Virus record (IMG/VR): IMGVR_UViG_3300046717_000225
Location: 15,320 to 79,319 of that record
Length of the DNA: 64,000 bases
DNA from: a virus
Taxonomy: Duplodnaviria; Caudoviricetes
Strand: one strand, 5' to 3'
Numbering within the stretch: position 1 is the first letter of the stretch; each line of letters begins with the position of its first letter. The notes under the pieces are model-generated. The model made no database searches and was not told the origin of the DNA. It saw nothing but the letters and a program-made list of their open reading frames with translations. The position numbers were made by a program, and so were the translations under genes. Below, in pieces: positions 52,579-61,896 of this stretch.

Positions 52579-54957
52579 ATGGCCATCGCCTTCCGCTCCG
52601 TCGGCACCGCCACCAAGGTCGACACCTCGGTCACCGGGACCAGCCCGACCGTGGCCATGGCCGCCGGACACACGACCAACGACCTGCTGCTCATGCCGGT
52701 GTTCACCGACAACAACACCGCCCCGGCCACCCCGTCCGGCTGGACCCGGCTGTTCTACCTGAGTGCGGGCACCTCGGCCAACTCCCCTTACCAGGGCTGG
52801 TCGCACGTCGCCCTGTTCTACCGGATCGACAACGGGGCGCTGGGCAGTTCGGTCACCCTGTCCCTGGACTCCAGCCCCTGGCCCACGGGCCTGCCGTACG
52901 TGCTCGCGTGGATCACGGCGTACAGCGGCTGCGACACGGCCAGTCCGATCGGCGAGTGGGGCACGTCGACCACGCAGAGCAGCACCGCCGCACAGGCCCA
53001 CCCGTCCATCACCACCGCCCTGGCCAACTGCTGGCTGGTGACTCTCCGGGGCATCGGCTCCGACAACGCCCGCACCTTCACCGACTCCGTGGGCACGGAC
53101 GTCGAGCGGATCGACACGGACGCCGGGTTCCCGGCCTCCCCGTCGGCAGCCCAGTACGACAGCAACACCGCCCTGAGCGCGGGCGCGCAGACCGTCCGGA
53201 CGACCACGGCCAGTGCCACGGTCGGCTACGGCTCGTCCATGGCGTCGATCGTGCTGCGGCCGGCGGCTGTGGCGGGAACGGTCGTGGCCACGGCGCAGAC
53301 CGCCTCGGTCTCCTTCACGGCCAAGGCGCCGGCGGTCACCTCCACCGCCGGCCCGTGGAACGCGTGCACGGCCGGGATGCCCGACTACTTCCTTGGGATC
53401 GACTGGAACGCGGACGGGGACTTCTCCGACCCGGGAGAGGAGATCACCCCGGACGAGGTAGACGACGTCGTCATCAGCTACGGCCGGGACCAGACCCGTC
53501 AGCTCAGCCCGGCCTCCGTGGGTACGGCCTCGCTCCGTCTGGTCAACGTGGACCGCAGTTACAGCCCGGAGAACCCCGCCGGCCCGTTGTACGGGAACCT
53601 GGACCCCGCCCGGGACGCTCTGTTCCAGGTCACCTGGGCCACCACGGTCTACCCCCTCTTCAAGGGGAAGATCGACGACTTCGACGTGCACGCGGACTTC
53701 GGCGACCGCAACGTCAGTTTCACCTTCCTGGACAGGCTGTCCCTGCTCCAGAACGTGAAGCTCAGCACCCCCCTGTATCAGACCGTCCGTACCGGGGACG
53801 TCATCAACGTCATCCTGGACGAGGCCGGCTGGACCGGCCCACGTGACGTGGACCCCGGGGCGACGGTGATTCCGTTCTGGTGGGTGGAGGGGACGGACGC
53901 CCTCACCGCCGTACAGGACATCGTCAAGTCGGAGGGACCGCCGGCCGTCGCCTACCAGGCTCCGGACGGGACCTTCATCTTCCGCGACCGGCATCACCGC
54001 CTGCTCCAGTCCACTTCCCAGACCAGTCAGGCCACGTTCGCGCAGTCGACCCTGGCGGACTGTGCGTCCCCGCCGGTCACCGGCTTCGGGTTCACGGCAC
54101 CGTTCGTCTACAGCAACGGCTGGAAGGACATCGTCAACGCGGTGTCGTTCAGCGTGGACATCCGCCAGCCGGACCTGTCCCTGTCGGCCGTGTGGTCGTC
54201 CACGGACACGATCTCCCTGACCAACGGCGAGTCCCGGGTGATCGACGTCAGCGGCAGCGACCCGTTCATCAACGCGGTAACGCCCCTGGTCGGTACGGAC
54301 TTCACCCTCGCCGGCGCCGGTACGCTCACCGTCCTGCTGTCCCGGACGTCCGGAGTCTCGGCGCAGATCACGCTCACGGCCGTGGGCGGCTCGGTCCAGG
54401 TGCTTTCCATGCAGCTGCGCGCGCAGGCCATCAAGGTCGTGAACACAGTCAAGGTCACCGCACAGGATGCCGTCTCCATCTCCCAGCACGGGGAGAAGGA
54501 CTACCCGGATGCGGCACCCTGGGCCGGGGTGAACGACGCCTACGCGCTCGCCTCCCTCATCCTGACGCACTACGCGCAGCGCCTGCCCACGGTGAGACTG
54601 CGCGTTCCCTCCACGGACCCGGCCCACTGGCAGCAGGTGATGACCCGGACCCTCGGCGACCGCATCACCATCACATACGGAGAGCTGGGGCTGAGCGCGG
54701 ACTTCTTCGTCGAGTCCGTCACCCACACCATCCAGCGCATCTGGACCAACAAGCCTCCCGTCCACGCGGTCGTGCTCGGGTGCGAGAAGGTCCCCACGGC
54801 CAGCGAGGCGCCCGTGAACCCCTTCACCTTCGACAAGCGCGGATCCGGGTTCGACCAGGGCGTGTTCGACCCGATCACCAGCGACGACCCGCACACCATC
54901 TGGATCTGGGACGATCCTGTGCAGGGGACTTTCGACGGAGGGCTGTTCGCGACATGA
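52579..54957 (+). CDS. minor tail protein (distal tail/hub-like)
   Basis: First gene after TMP; YGRDQ...GTASLRLVN.DR, DGTFIFRDR motifs. Confidence 0.7.
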   Translation: MAIAFRSVGTATKVDTSVTGTSPTVAMAAGHTTNDLLLMPVFTDNNTAPATPSGWTRLFYLSAGTSANSPYQGWSHVALFYRIDNGALGSSVTLSLDSSPWPTGLPYVLAWITAYSGCDTASPIGEWGTSTTQSSTAAQAHPSITTALANCWLVTLRGIGSDNARTFTDSVGTDVERIDTDAGFPASPSAAQYDSNTALSAGAQTVRTTTASATVGYGSSMASIVLRPAAVAGTVVATAQTASVSFTAKAPAVTSTAGPWNACTAGMPDYFLGIDWNADGDFSDPGEEITPDEVDDVVISYGRDQTRQLSPASVGTASLRLVNVDRSYSPENPAGPLYGNLDPARDALFQVTWATTVYPLFKGKIDDFDVHADFGDRNVSFTFLDRLSLLQNVKLSTPLYQTVRTGDVINVILDEAGWTGPRDVDPGATVIPFWWVEGTDALTAVQDIVKSEGPPAVAYQAPDGTFIFRDRHHRLLQSTSQTSQATFAQSTLADCASPPVTGFGFTAPFVYSNGWKDIVNAVSFSVDIRQPDLSLSAVWSSTDTISLTNGESRVIDVSGSDPFINAVTPLVGTDFTLAGAGTLTVLLSRTSGVSAQITLTAVGGSVQVLSMQLRAQAIKVVNTVKVTAQDAVSISQHGEKDYPDAAPWAGVNDAYALASLILTHYAQRLPTVRLRVPSTDPAHWQQVMTRTLGDRITITYGELGLSADFFVESVTHTIQRIWTNKPPVHAVVLGCEKVPTASEAPVNPFTFDKRGSGFDQGVFDPITSDDPHTIWIWDDPVQGTFDGGLFAT

Positions 54958-55322
54958 AGCTGATAACGGAGCGGGCCGTGGCGTTCGTCTACAGCGGGGA
55001 CTGGGTGGCGGAGTGTCCCCGGCCGTACTGTGGGAACGTGGAGCACCTATTCGACCGGGTCAACCCGGCGCTGGCGACCTCGCCCCGGCTCCGTCCCCGG
55101 CAGCAGTTCACCTGTACGTACTGCGCCCTTCAGGTGGACATCGAGTGGCCGGAGGCGGACCTGGTGCAGGGGGTCATGGCCGCGCTGAACCGACGCCCCG
55201 TCCCCCACACCCGCAACTGGTACCCGGCGGACCATGCCCTGGCGGTCCGTATGGGTGTCAGGGAGCACGGCCAGAGCGTGGACGACCTGCTCGCCGAGAA
55301 CGCCGAATACGGGGTGGACTAG
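54954..55322 (+). CDS. Cys-containing tail-tip protein
   Basis: WVAECPRPYCG...CTYC...RNW. Confidence 0.55.
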   Translation: MKLITERAVAFVYSGDWVAECPRPYCGNVEHLFDRVNPALATSPRLRPRQQFTCTYCALQVDIEWPEADLVQGVMAALNRRPVPHTRNWYPADHALAVRMGVREHGQSVDDLLAENAEYGVD

Positions 55323-55862
55323 ATGGCCTGGACAGCGCCGGTCACGGCGGTCGCCAACGCGACCCTGCCGGCCGCGACCTGGAACGCCACCGTCCGCGAC
55401 AACCTGAACGCGACGGCGGTCGCCCTCGCCTCGGCCGCCAGCCAGTACTTCGTGGCCACGGGGGTGAACGCCCTCGCCGCCCGCACGATGCAGACGTCCA
55501 CGGTGGTGACCTCGCAGGGCACCGGGAGCACCTCGTACGTCGACCTGACGACGGTCGGTCCCCAGGTCACCGTGACCTGCGGGACGATCGCCGTGGTCCT
55601 GTTCACGGCCGGGGTGCAGAACACCGCGACCAACAGTGCCACGGACACCTCGGTCGCCGTGAGCGGGGCGACCTCGGTAGCCGCCAGTGACGCCTGGCGG
55701 ACCGTGCTCGACGGGGTGAGCGCCAGCCAGGTCAACCGGGTCACCGGGTTCCACACCTTCACCGGCCTGACCCCGGGCTCCAACATCTTCACCATGAAGT
55801 ACAAGGTCGGCTCAGGGACCGGCACCTGGGACAACCGCGAACTGCTTGTCATGCCTTTCTGA
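55323..55862 (+). CDS. minor tail protein, paralog 1 of 4
   Basis: MAWTAP..VRDNL...STSYVDL...GLTPGSN.FT.KY. Confidence 0.7.
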   Translation: MAWTAPVTAVANATLPAATWNATVRDNLNATAVALASAASQYFVATGVNALAARTMQTSTVVTSQGTGSTSYVDLTTVGPQVTVTCGTIAVVLFTAGVQNTATNSATDTSVAVSGATSVAASDAWRTVLDGVSASQVNRVTGFHTFTGLTPGSNIFTMKYKVGSGTGTWDNRELLVMPF

Positions 55863-55874
55863 GGAGGTGCTCGT

Positions 55875-56159
55875 ATGGCTACGCTCCCGCAGTACGTCAC
55901 CGTGATGCGGAATCTGCAATGGGACATCTGCAAGCGGCTCGGGATCGACATGTCCTCGGTCACGGTCACGGAGCGCGCCCTGGCGCTGTCCAACCTCGCG
56001 GTGCAGGCGACGCTGATCAACCTCCTGGTGACCAAGGGCGTGATCACGGATCAGGAGCTTCTGGCGGCGGTCAACGCGGTGCGGAACTCACCCTGGTCCC
56101 CTCCGCAGGAACCCGAGCACCCCGCCGGCTGGGACACCGCCCCGGTGACGGGGATCTGA
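55875..56159 (+). CDS. hypothetical protein
   Basis: GAGGAGG RBS; NLLVTKGVITDQEL. Confidence 0.6.
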   Translation: MATLPQYVTVMRNLQWDICKRLGIDMSSVTVTERALALSNLAVQATLINLLVTKGVITDQELLAAVNAVRNSPWSPPQEPEHPAGWDTAPVTGI

Positions 56160-56160
56160 C

Positions 56161-56694
56161 ATGGCCTGGAGTGTTCCGGCAACCGCCATAGCGGGGCAGC
56201 CCTTCACGGCCGTACTGGCGAACGCGCAGATGCGCGACAACCTGAACGCGACCGCGCCCGCCCTGGCGACGACGATCAGCAGCTGGTTCACGGGGACGGG
56301 TGCGAATGCGATAGCCGAGCGCATCCCGGCGCAGAACAACACCCTCGCCTCCAGCACGACCACGAGCACGAGCTACACCAACCTCGGTGACGGGGTCAGT
56401 ACTTCGGTCACGGTGACGACCGGGACGTCCGCCCTGGTCCTGATCTACGCCAACTTCTTCAACTCCGCAGCCGTCAACACCTGGGTGGGGTTCGCAGTCA
56501 GCGGTGCGACGACGATCGCGGCGAGCGACGCTCAGGCGCTCATGCAGAACCACCTGGGCGGGCGCCGGTTCGGGGCGCCGTTCTACGTCAACGGCCTTCT
56601 CACCCCGGGCAACAACACCTTCACTCTCAAGTACCGGGTAACCAGTAACACAGGCACGTTCACGACACGTCGTATCGGCGTGATCCCATTCTAG
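56161..56694 (+). CDS. minor tail protein, paralog 2 of 4
   Basis: MAWSVP..MRDNL...STSYTNL...LLTPGNNTFTLKY. Confidence 0.7.
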   Translation: MAWSVPATAIAGQPFTAVLANAQMRDNLNATAPALATTISSWFTGTGANAIAERIPAQNNTLASSTTTSTSYTNLGDGVSTSVTVTTGTSALVLIYANFFNSAAVNTWVGFAVSGATTIAASDAQALMQNHLGGRRFGAPFYVNGLLTPGNNTFTLKYRVTSNTGTFTTRRIGVIPF

Positions 56695-56707
56695 GAAGGA
56701 GGCAGGC

Positions 56708-57241
56708 ATGGTCTGGACAGCGCCCCTGACAGCAGTCCTGGGTTCCGTGTTCCCCTCGGCCACGTACAACCAGGTCGTCCGGGACAACCTGCTCCAGACC
56801 ATGCCTGCCCTCACCACGACGGTCGGCAGCTTCTTCGCCACGATCGGCACGCACCAGATAGCCGAGCGGGTACCTCTGGCCGACTACGACTCGGGCATGA
56901 GCAGCACATCCTCCACCACCTACGCCGACCTGGCCAGCGGGGTGGGGCCGACGGTGACGTGCCAGACCGGAACCGCAGCCGCCGTGTTCCTCTACAACAA
57001 CTCGTACACCTCCGCCGGGGGCACCGGGTCGTGGATGAGCTTCGACATCTCGGGCGTCTCGTCCCAGGCCGCCTCGGACAACTTCGCCCTCCAGCTCCAG
57101 CTCGCGGCCGGCCAGCACTGCGGGGCCTGCTTCCTGATCGATACGCTGACCCCGGGGCTGAACACCTTCACGGCCAAGTTCCGCACCAGCTCCGGCACCA
57201 GCCAGTTCTCTTCCCGGCGGCTCGCCGTCTGGCCGTTCTGA
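56708..57241 (+). CDS. minor tail protein, paralog 3 of 4
   Basis: MVWTAP..VRDNL...STTYADL...LTPGLNTFTAKF. Confidence 0.7.
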   Translation: MVWTAPLTAVLGSVFPSATYNQVVRDNLLQTMPALTTTVGSFFATIGTHQIAERVPLADYDSGMSSTSSTTYADLASGVGPTVTCQTGTAAAVFLYNNSYTSAGGTGSWMSFDISGVSSQAASDNFALQLQLAAGQHCGACFLIDTLTPGLNTFTAKFRTSSGTSQFSSRRLAVWPF

Positions 57242-57252
57242 GGAGGGGCACC

Positions 57253-57795
57253 GTGACCTGGACAGCGCCGTTCACCGCGATCACCGGGACGCCGTACACC
57301 GCCGCACAGTTCAACGGGTACCGGGACTCGATGCTGGAGACCGAGGTGAGCCGGGCGCAGACCACGGGCGGATACTGCGTCACGGTCGGCATGAACCAGC
57401 TCGCCGAGCGGGTTCCGGGCTCCGGCTTCGTGGACCCGGGTACGCCGGACACGACGACGTCCACCAGCTACACCGACCTGGACAACACGGCCGGGCCTGC
57501 TGTGACCGTGACCACCGGGACCACCGCGTTCGTCTCGATCTACGGTTCCGTCCAGAACGCCTCTACGGCGATTGCCTCGTTCATGAGCTACCGGGTCGAC
57601 GGCGCGACCACCCAGGATCCCGGGGACGACCATTCCATCCAGATGATCAATGCGGACGGGGGAGGCCAGCGGATAGGCGCCACGATCTTCCACACCGGCC
57701 TGACCCCCGGGCTCAATACCTTCACCGCTCAGTACCGGTCGTCCAGTGGTATCGCGACCTTCGCCGTCCGGACCCTCGCCGTCTTCCCGTTCTGA
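57253..57795 (+). CDS. minor tail protein, paralog 4 of 4
   Basis: GTG start with GGAGG; MTWTAP..YRDSM...STSYTDL...GLTPGLNTFTAQY. Confidence 0.7.
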   Translation: MTWTAPFTAITGTPYTAAQFNGYRDSMLETEVSRAQTTGGYCVTVGMNQLAERVPGSGFVDPGTPDTTTSTSYTDLDNTAGPAVTVTTGTTAFVSIYGSVQNASTAIASFMSYRVDGATTQDPGDDHSIQMINADGGGQRIGATIFHTGLTPGLNTFTAQYRSSSGIATFAVRTLAVFPF

Positions 57796-57804
57796 AAGGG
57801 AGCC

Positions 57805-58113
57805 ATGGACTACACCGCGTTCCTGACGCCCACGATCGGCGCCACGGGCATTCTCGCGCTCGTGGTCGTGATGATCTTGCGGGGATCGCTGGTCCCCCGG
57901 CGCCAGGTGAACGCGGAGCTGAAGCAGAAGGACGACGCCATCGTCCTCTGGAAGGATGCGTATGAGAGGTCCGAACAGCAGAACCAGCAGAAGGACCGGC
58001 TGATCACCGGACTGCTGGAGACGGCACAGACCACGCGAAGCGTTCTCCAGGCGCTGCCCGAAGCGGTCCGGCTCAATGAGGGAGGTCCGCATGTTTCCCC
58101 GGCGAAGGAGTAG
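57805..58113 (+). CDS. membrane protein (lysis cassette)
   Basis: N-terminal TM plus coiled coil. Confidence 0.6.
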   Translation: MDYTAFLTPTIGATGILALVVVMILRGSLVPRRQVNAELKQKDDAIVLWKDAYERSEQQNQQKDRLITGLLETAQTTRSVLQALPEAVRLNEGGPHVSPAKE

Positions 58114-58303
58114 GAAGGCGCCTCCCCCGTCCCCGGAGGTCCGGGAGGCTGCGGCGGCTGTGCGCCGGGTGAAGGCACGGGACCGGAAGGTTCAGGATTC
58201 AAGCAGTGAGATCCTGTCCGTTGTCCGGGACCTCCGGGACTTCCAGCGGCAGAACAACTTCGTCCGGGCGATACGGCAGGCCCTGAGTGGTGAGAGCGGG
58301 TGA
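58091..58303 (+). CDS. DUF7620-like/basic hypothetical protein
   Basis: GGAGG RBS; RQNNF..AI pattern; family name tentative. Confidence 0.5.
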   Translation: MFPRRRSRKAPPPSPEVREAAAAVRRVKARDRKVQDSSSEILSVVRDLRDFQRQNNFVRAIRQALSGESG

Positions 58304-58629
58304 CCATGGGCGAGACGGTGAACTTCTACGGTTCCCTCGTGTGCCTGGCAGGGTGCGTGAGCTTCATCGGCGTGTACTCGGTCATGCCGCTGCTCACGGA
58401 CCGGGTCCCCTGGTGGAGGTACCGGATAGGCCGGATGCTCGTCACCAAGGCCGCGTCCATCGCCGGACTCATGCTGATCATCGTCGTGACGTACGCCTTC
58501 CACATCAATCTGGAGTGGATACGGATGATCCGGGGAGTGTTCGCTGCCGTGGTCGGGGTCATGATGTTCTACCAGACCCGGCTCGTGTACATGCTCCAGA
58601 AGGGTTACGAGGGGGACAACGCCGAATGA
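58300..58629 (+). CDS. 3-TM membrane protein (holin candidate)
   Basis: Three hydrophobic helices directly upstream of the endolysin. Confidence 0.6.
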   Translation: MTMGETVNFYGSLVCLAGCVSFIGVYSVMPLLTDRVPWWRYRIGRMLVTKAASIAGLMLIIVVTYAFHINLEWIRMIRGVFAAVVGVMMFYQTRLVYMLQKGYEGDNAE

Positions 58630-59882
58630 GCGTCACCAGCACGGCCGAAGCCCTGGCCAACTGCGCGTCCACCCGGACCTGGACGCCGGACCTGTGCGGC
58701 CAGTTCTGTGCGGCCATGTACGGCTACGGCTCCAGCGGGTACAGCACGGCGCTCGTCCAGTGGCAGTCCGTGCCCGCCGGCCTCAAGTTCCCCGGTGACC
58801 AGGAGGCTCCACCCGGCGCGCTCCTGTTCTGGGGCGTCGGACAGGGGCACGTCGCGATAGCCGACGGCACGGGCTCCTGCTTCTCCATCGACATCTCCGG
58901 CCGGGGCACCGTGACCCGCGTGCCCATGGACCGGATCGCCTCCGTATGGGGCAAGCCCTACCTCGGGTGGACCGTGCCGTACTTCCAGGACCAGCAGTGG
59001 AGCGCACAGATGATCAAGGGTGTGGACGTCAGCCGGTACCAGGCGGTCAGCGGCTGGGAGACCGGGATCGACTTCGCCTTCACCAAGGTGACCGAGGGCA
59101 CGACGTACGTGAACCCGACCTGGGTCGCGCAGCGGGACACGGCGCGCGCGGCCGGGCTCGTTGTCGGGTACTACCACTTCGCCCGGCCGGGAAACATGAT
59201 CGCCCAGGCGGACTTCTTCCTGGGGAAGATCGCTCTCCAGCCCGGGGACGTGCTCGCGTTCGACTGGGAGGACGCCGGGGTCACCTCGGCACAGAAGGAC
59301 GCGTGGATCAGCTACGTGCAGGGCAAGACCGGCCACCGGGTGGTCCTGTACTGCAACACCGACTTCTGGAAGAACCGGGACACGTCCAGCTTCGCCGGGG
59401 ACGGCTTGTGGATCGCGACCGGCGGGTATCCGGCCGGCTCGCCCCCGATCCAGTCCGCCTGGCTCATCCACCAGTACTCCACCGCCGGGAACCTCGACCA
59501 CGACGTGGCACAATTCAGCAGCCGAGCGGACATGTTCGCCTGGGCAGGAGGAAGTGACGTGGCACTGACAGCGAGCGAGCTGAAGCTCCTCACCGAGACG
59601 CACGACGCCGTAACCAAGATCACGTCCCTGGTGGACACCAAGGTCCACGGGGTCGGCTACTACGCAGCCAAGGGGGAGCAGTCCCTGGCCGCCGTGCTCT
59701 CCCAGAGCCGGTCCAACGGCGGGGGCATTTCCGAACTCAAGATGGCGCTCGGTCTCGCGAGCCAGAAGCTGGACACCGTGGCTCAGGTGCTGGCCAACCT
59801 GGACCTGAGCCAGGTCCCGGCCGAGGTCGCGGCCAAGATCGAATCCCTCAAGCTCGTCGTCACCGTGACGGAAGGACCCTGA
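58626..59882 (+). CDS. endolysin: N-terminal NlpC/P60/CHAP-like + GH25 muramidase
   Basis: DLCGQFC...PPGALLFW..GQGHVAI; KGVDVSRYQ, FTKVTEG, GYYHFA, AFDWED. Confidence 0.85.
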   Translation: MSVTSTAEALANCASTRTWTPDLCGQFCAAMYGYGSSGYSTALVQWQSVPAGLKFPGDQEAPPGALLFWGVGQGHVAIADGTGSCFSIDISGRGTVTRVPMDRIASVWGKPYLGWTVPYFQDQQWSAQMIKGVDVSRYQAVSGWETGIDFAFTKVTEGTTYVNPTWVAQRDTARAAGLVVGYYHFARPGNMIAQADFFLGKIALQPGDVLAFDWEDAGVTSAQKDAWISYVQGKTGHRVVLYCNTDFWKNRDTSSFAGDGLWIATGGYPAGSPPIQSAWLIHQYSTAGNLDHDVAQFSSRADMFAWAGGSDVALTASELKLLTETHDAVTKITSLVDTKVHGVGYYAAKGEQSLAAVLSQSRSNGGGISELKMALGLASQKLDTVAQVLANLDLSQVPAEVAAKIESLKLVVTVTEGP

Positions 59883-59884
59883 CC

Positions 59885-60091
59885 ATGTCGGCAGCGGGAC
59901 AGATCCTCGCGCAGGTGGAGGAGTTCGTGCAGGGTCTCCTGGCCAAGGTCCACTCGCACGACGCCGAACAGGACGCCCGGCTGACCGCCCTGGAGACCAG
60001 GGTTGACGCCCTGGAACCCGCCAAGGCGCGCACGAGCACCGCACGGGCAGGCACGGTCGGGGTCAAGGCGGAGGCCAAGGACAGCAAGTGA
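59885..60091 (+). CDS. coiled-coil hypothetical protein
   Basis: RLTALETRVDALE. Confidence 0.55.
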   Translation: MSAAGQILAQVEEFVQGLLAKVHSHDAEQDARLTALETRVDALEPAKARTSTARAGTVGVKAEAKDSK

Positions 60092-60180
60092 GAGTGGTCC
60101 GCTCCAAGAACAGCCGTGTGTCCGGCAGAGAGACGGGTGATCAGGGGTGAAGATTAAGATCTACCCCGCTTAACGCCGAT

Positions 60181-61257
60181 ATGACCGGCTGCGGGTTCTT
60201 CCGTCTTCTGTTCGTGGTGGACGCGCTGCGGGCCACGGGCCTGCGCTCCGACATAGAGATCGAGGTCCGGCCTCCGACCGAGCGCGACCTCAAGCTGCGC
60301 ATGGAGGGCGAACGGGTCGTCGAGGTGGTGGACCCGGAGCCCGAGGCCGTCTACGTGTTCCAGCGCCTCACGCACTCCTGGATGGCTCAGGCGGTTCCCC
60401 TGCTCGTGCAGGCGGGCGCGGCGGTCGTCATCGACGTGGACGACGACCTCGGCTCCATCCACCCGCGCAACCCCGCCTACGAGGCCATGCACCCCCGCAA
60501 CCTGCTCACCCGGGACCCGATGACCCGGGAGGTCCGCCGCCACAGCTGGAAGCACCTCTCGGACGCCTGCCGGGAGGCCACCCTCGTTACCGTGTCTACG
60601 CCCGCCCTCCTGGCCCGGTACGCGGCGCACGGCCGGGGGCGGGTGCTGTACAACTACCTGCCCGAGAGCTACTACTCCGTTCCGCACGAGGACAGCCCGG
60701 TCATCGGCTGGCCGGCCGCGCTCCAGTCTCACCCGGACGACCCGGCCGTGCTGGGAGGGGCCGTGGCGAGGCTGAGCGTCCGTCCGGGGGACTTCCAGGT
60801 CGTCGGGGACCCGGTGGGCATGGGAGCTGCGTTCGGGCTCTCAGCCGACCCTCCAGGACGTTCCCATGTGGACATCGGGGCCTGGCCCGGGGCGGTCGCA
60901 CAGCTCGGCATCGGGATCGCTCCTCTGTCGGACACGCGGTTCAACGCCTGCAAGAGCTGGCTCAAGCCCCTGGAGATGTCCGCGCTCGGGGTGCCGTGGG
61001 TGGGCTCGCCCCGGGCGGAGTACACCCGGCTGCACCGTATGGGCGCCGGGGTCCTGGCCGACACGCCGAGGCGCTGGTACAGGGAACTGCTGAAGCTGCG
61101 GGAGAGTGAAAGCCTCCGCCGGGAGAGGGCGGAGGCGGGACGGGCCGTGGCCGGGGAACTGCGTCTTCAGACGCAGGCCTGGCGCTGGCTGGAGGTATGG
61201 AGCGAGGCTCAGGCGATGAGGGCCGGGGCGAGTGCCGCCTCCACGGCGGTGCACTGA
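60181..61257 (+). CDS. GT-B glycosyltransferase
   Basis: GCGFFRL, YVFQR, VIDVDDDL, VTVSTPAL, IGIAPL.DTRFNACKSWLKPLE..ALGVP; true N-terminus may start at GTG 60147 via a +1 shift. Confidence 0.8.
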   Translation: MTGCGFFRLLFVVDALRATGLRSDIEIEVRPPTERDLKLRMEGERVVEVVDPEPEAVYVFQRLTHSWMAQAVPLLVQAGAAVVIDVDDDLGSIHPRNPAYEAMHPRNLLTRDPMTREVRRHSWKHLSDACREATLVTVSTPALLARYAAHGRGRVLYNYLPESYYSVPHEDSPVIGWPAALQSHPDDPAVLGGAVARLSVRPGDFQVVGDPVGMGAAFGLSADPPGRSHVDIGAWPGAVAQLGIGIAPLSDTRFNACKSWLKPLEMSALGVPWVGSPRAEYTRLHRMGAGVLADTPRRWYRELLKLRESESLRRERAEAGRAVAGELRLQTQAWRWLEVWSEAQAMRAGASAASTAVH

Positions 61258-61418
61258 ACGAGGAGTTCTGCGATCCGGCCCTCCAGGGCCCGGACCAGGT
61301 TCAGGTTGGACTCCCGGTTTCCCCGGTAGCCCCCGTGCTCGATGCGCCGGCGCTCCTCGTCCAGACGGCCCTGGAGCTGATCGGCGTGGTCTCTGATCTC
61401 GGTCGTGGTCATGCTCAT
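61209..61418 (-). CDS. hypothetical protein
   Basis: ATGA overlap with whiB stop; 3' end overlaps the convergent GT gene. Confidence 0.5.
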   Translation of the reverse strand: MSMTTTEIRDHADQLQGRLDEERRRIEHGGYRGNRESNLNLVRALEGRIAELLVQCTAVEAALAPALIA

Positions 61419-61822
61419 CCTGTTGCCTCCCGGGGCAGATGCGAACCGGTCCAGGACACGGCGCAGTGCTGGCATATCTCGTGTCCTTCCGGGGTGGGGA
61501 TGACGGCCCGGCTCTTGCAGCTCGGGCACTTGACCCGGTTGCGCGGGGCACCGAGCCGCCGGCGCTCTGCGGTGGTGGTGCCGCCCCAGTAGCCGGACTG
61601 GTGGTAGAGAAGGGCGTAGGCCAGGCACTCCACCCGGACGGGGCACAGGTTGCACCAGAGCGAACGGGCGGCCTGTGCCCCCTGTACGGTCTCGATGTCC
61701 GGAGTGAAGTCGAACGGAGCGCCGTTGCAGAGGGCGTCGTCCTGCCAGCTGACCTCGGAGGCGAAGAAGCGGTTGTCGGCCAATGCTGCCTCCCGGTGAC
61801 CAGGGGGTTGACTTTCGTCCAA
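61415..61822 (-). CDS. whiB: WhiB-family Fe-S transcription factor with C-terminal zinc ribbon
   Basis: WQDDALC...WCNLCPVRVECLAYAL...GYWGGTTTAERR; extra CPSC...CQHC. Confidence 0.85.
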   Translation of the reverse strand: MDESQPPGHREAALADNRFFASEVSWQDDALCNGAPFDFTPDIETVQGAQAARSLWCNLCPVRVECLAYALLYHQSGYWGGTTTAERRRLGAPRNRVKCPSCKSRAVIPTPEGHEICQHCAVSWTGSHLPREATG

Positions 61823-61868
61823 CTGTCCACCCGCAGGTACTGGAAGTCACTACGCCAGAAACACGACA

Positions 61869-61890
61869 GCCCCCGTCCGGAGACGGGGGC
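61869..61890 (-). terminator. hairpin terminator
   Basis: GCCCCCGTC-CGGA-GACGGGGGC. Confidence 0.55.
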
Positions 61891-61896
61891 GGATCC

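Noticed and set aside
51382-54894. Long antisense or alternate-frame ORFs (e.g. 51382-54894, 45355-48066, 35060-37516, 14918-16900, 38496-40919, 27712-29271)
   Set aside because: Shadow ORFs expected at this GC content; Arg/Gly/Pro/Val-rich, no motifs or RBS, opposite well-supported genes
55323-57795. Diversity-generating retroelement or shufflon acting on the tail paralogs
   Set aside because: No reverse transcriptase or invertase, no near-identical TR/VR pair, all copies in the same orientation
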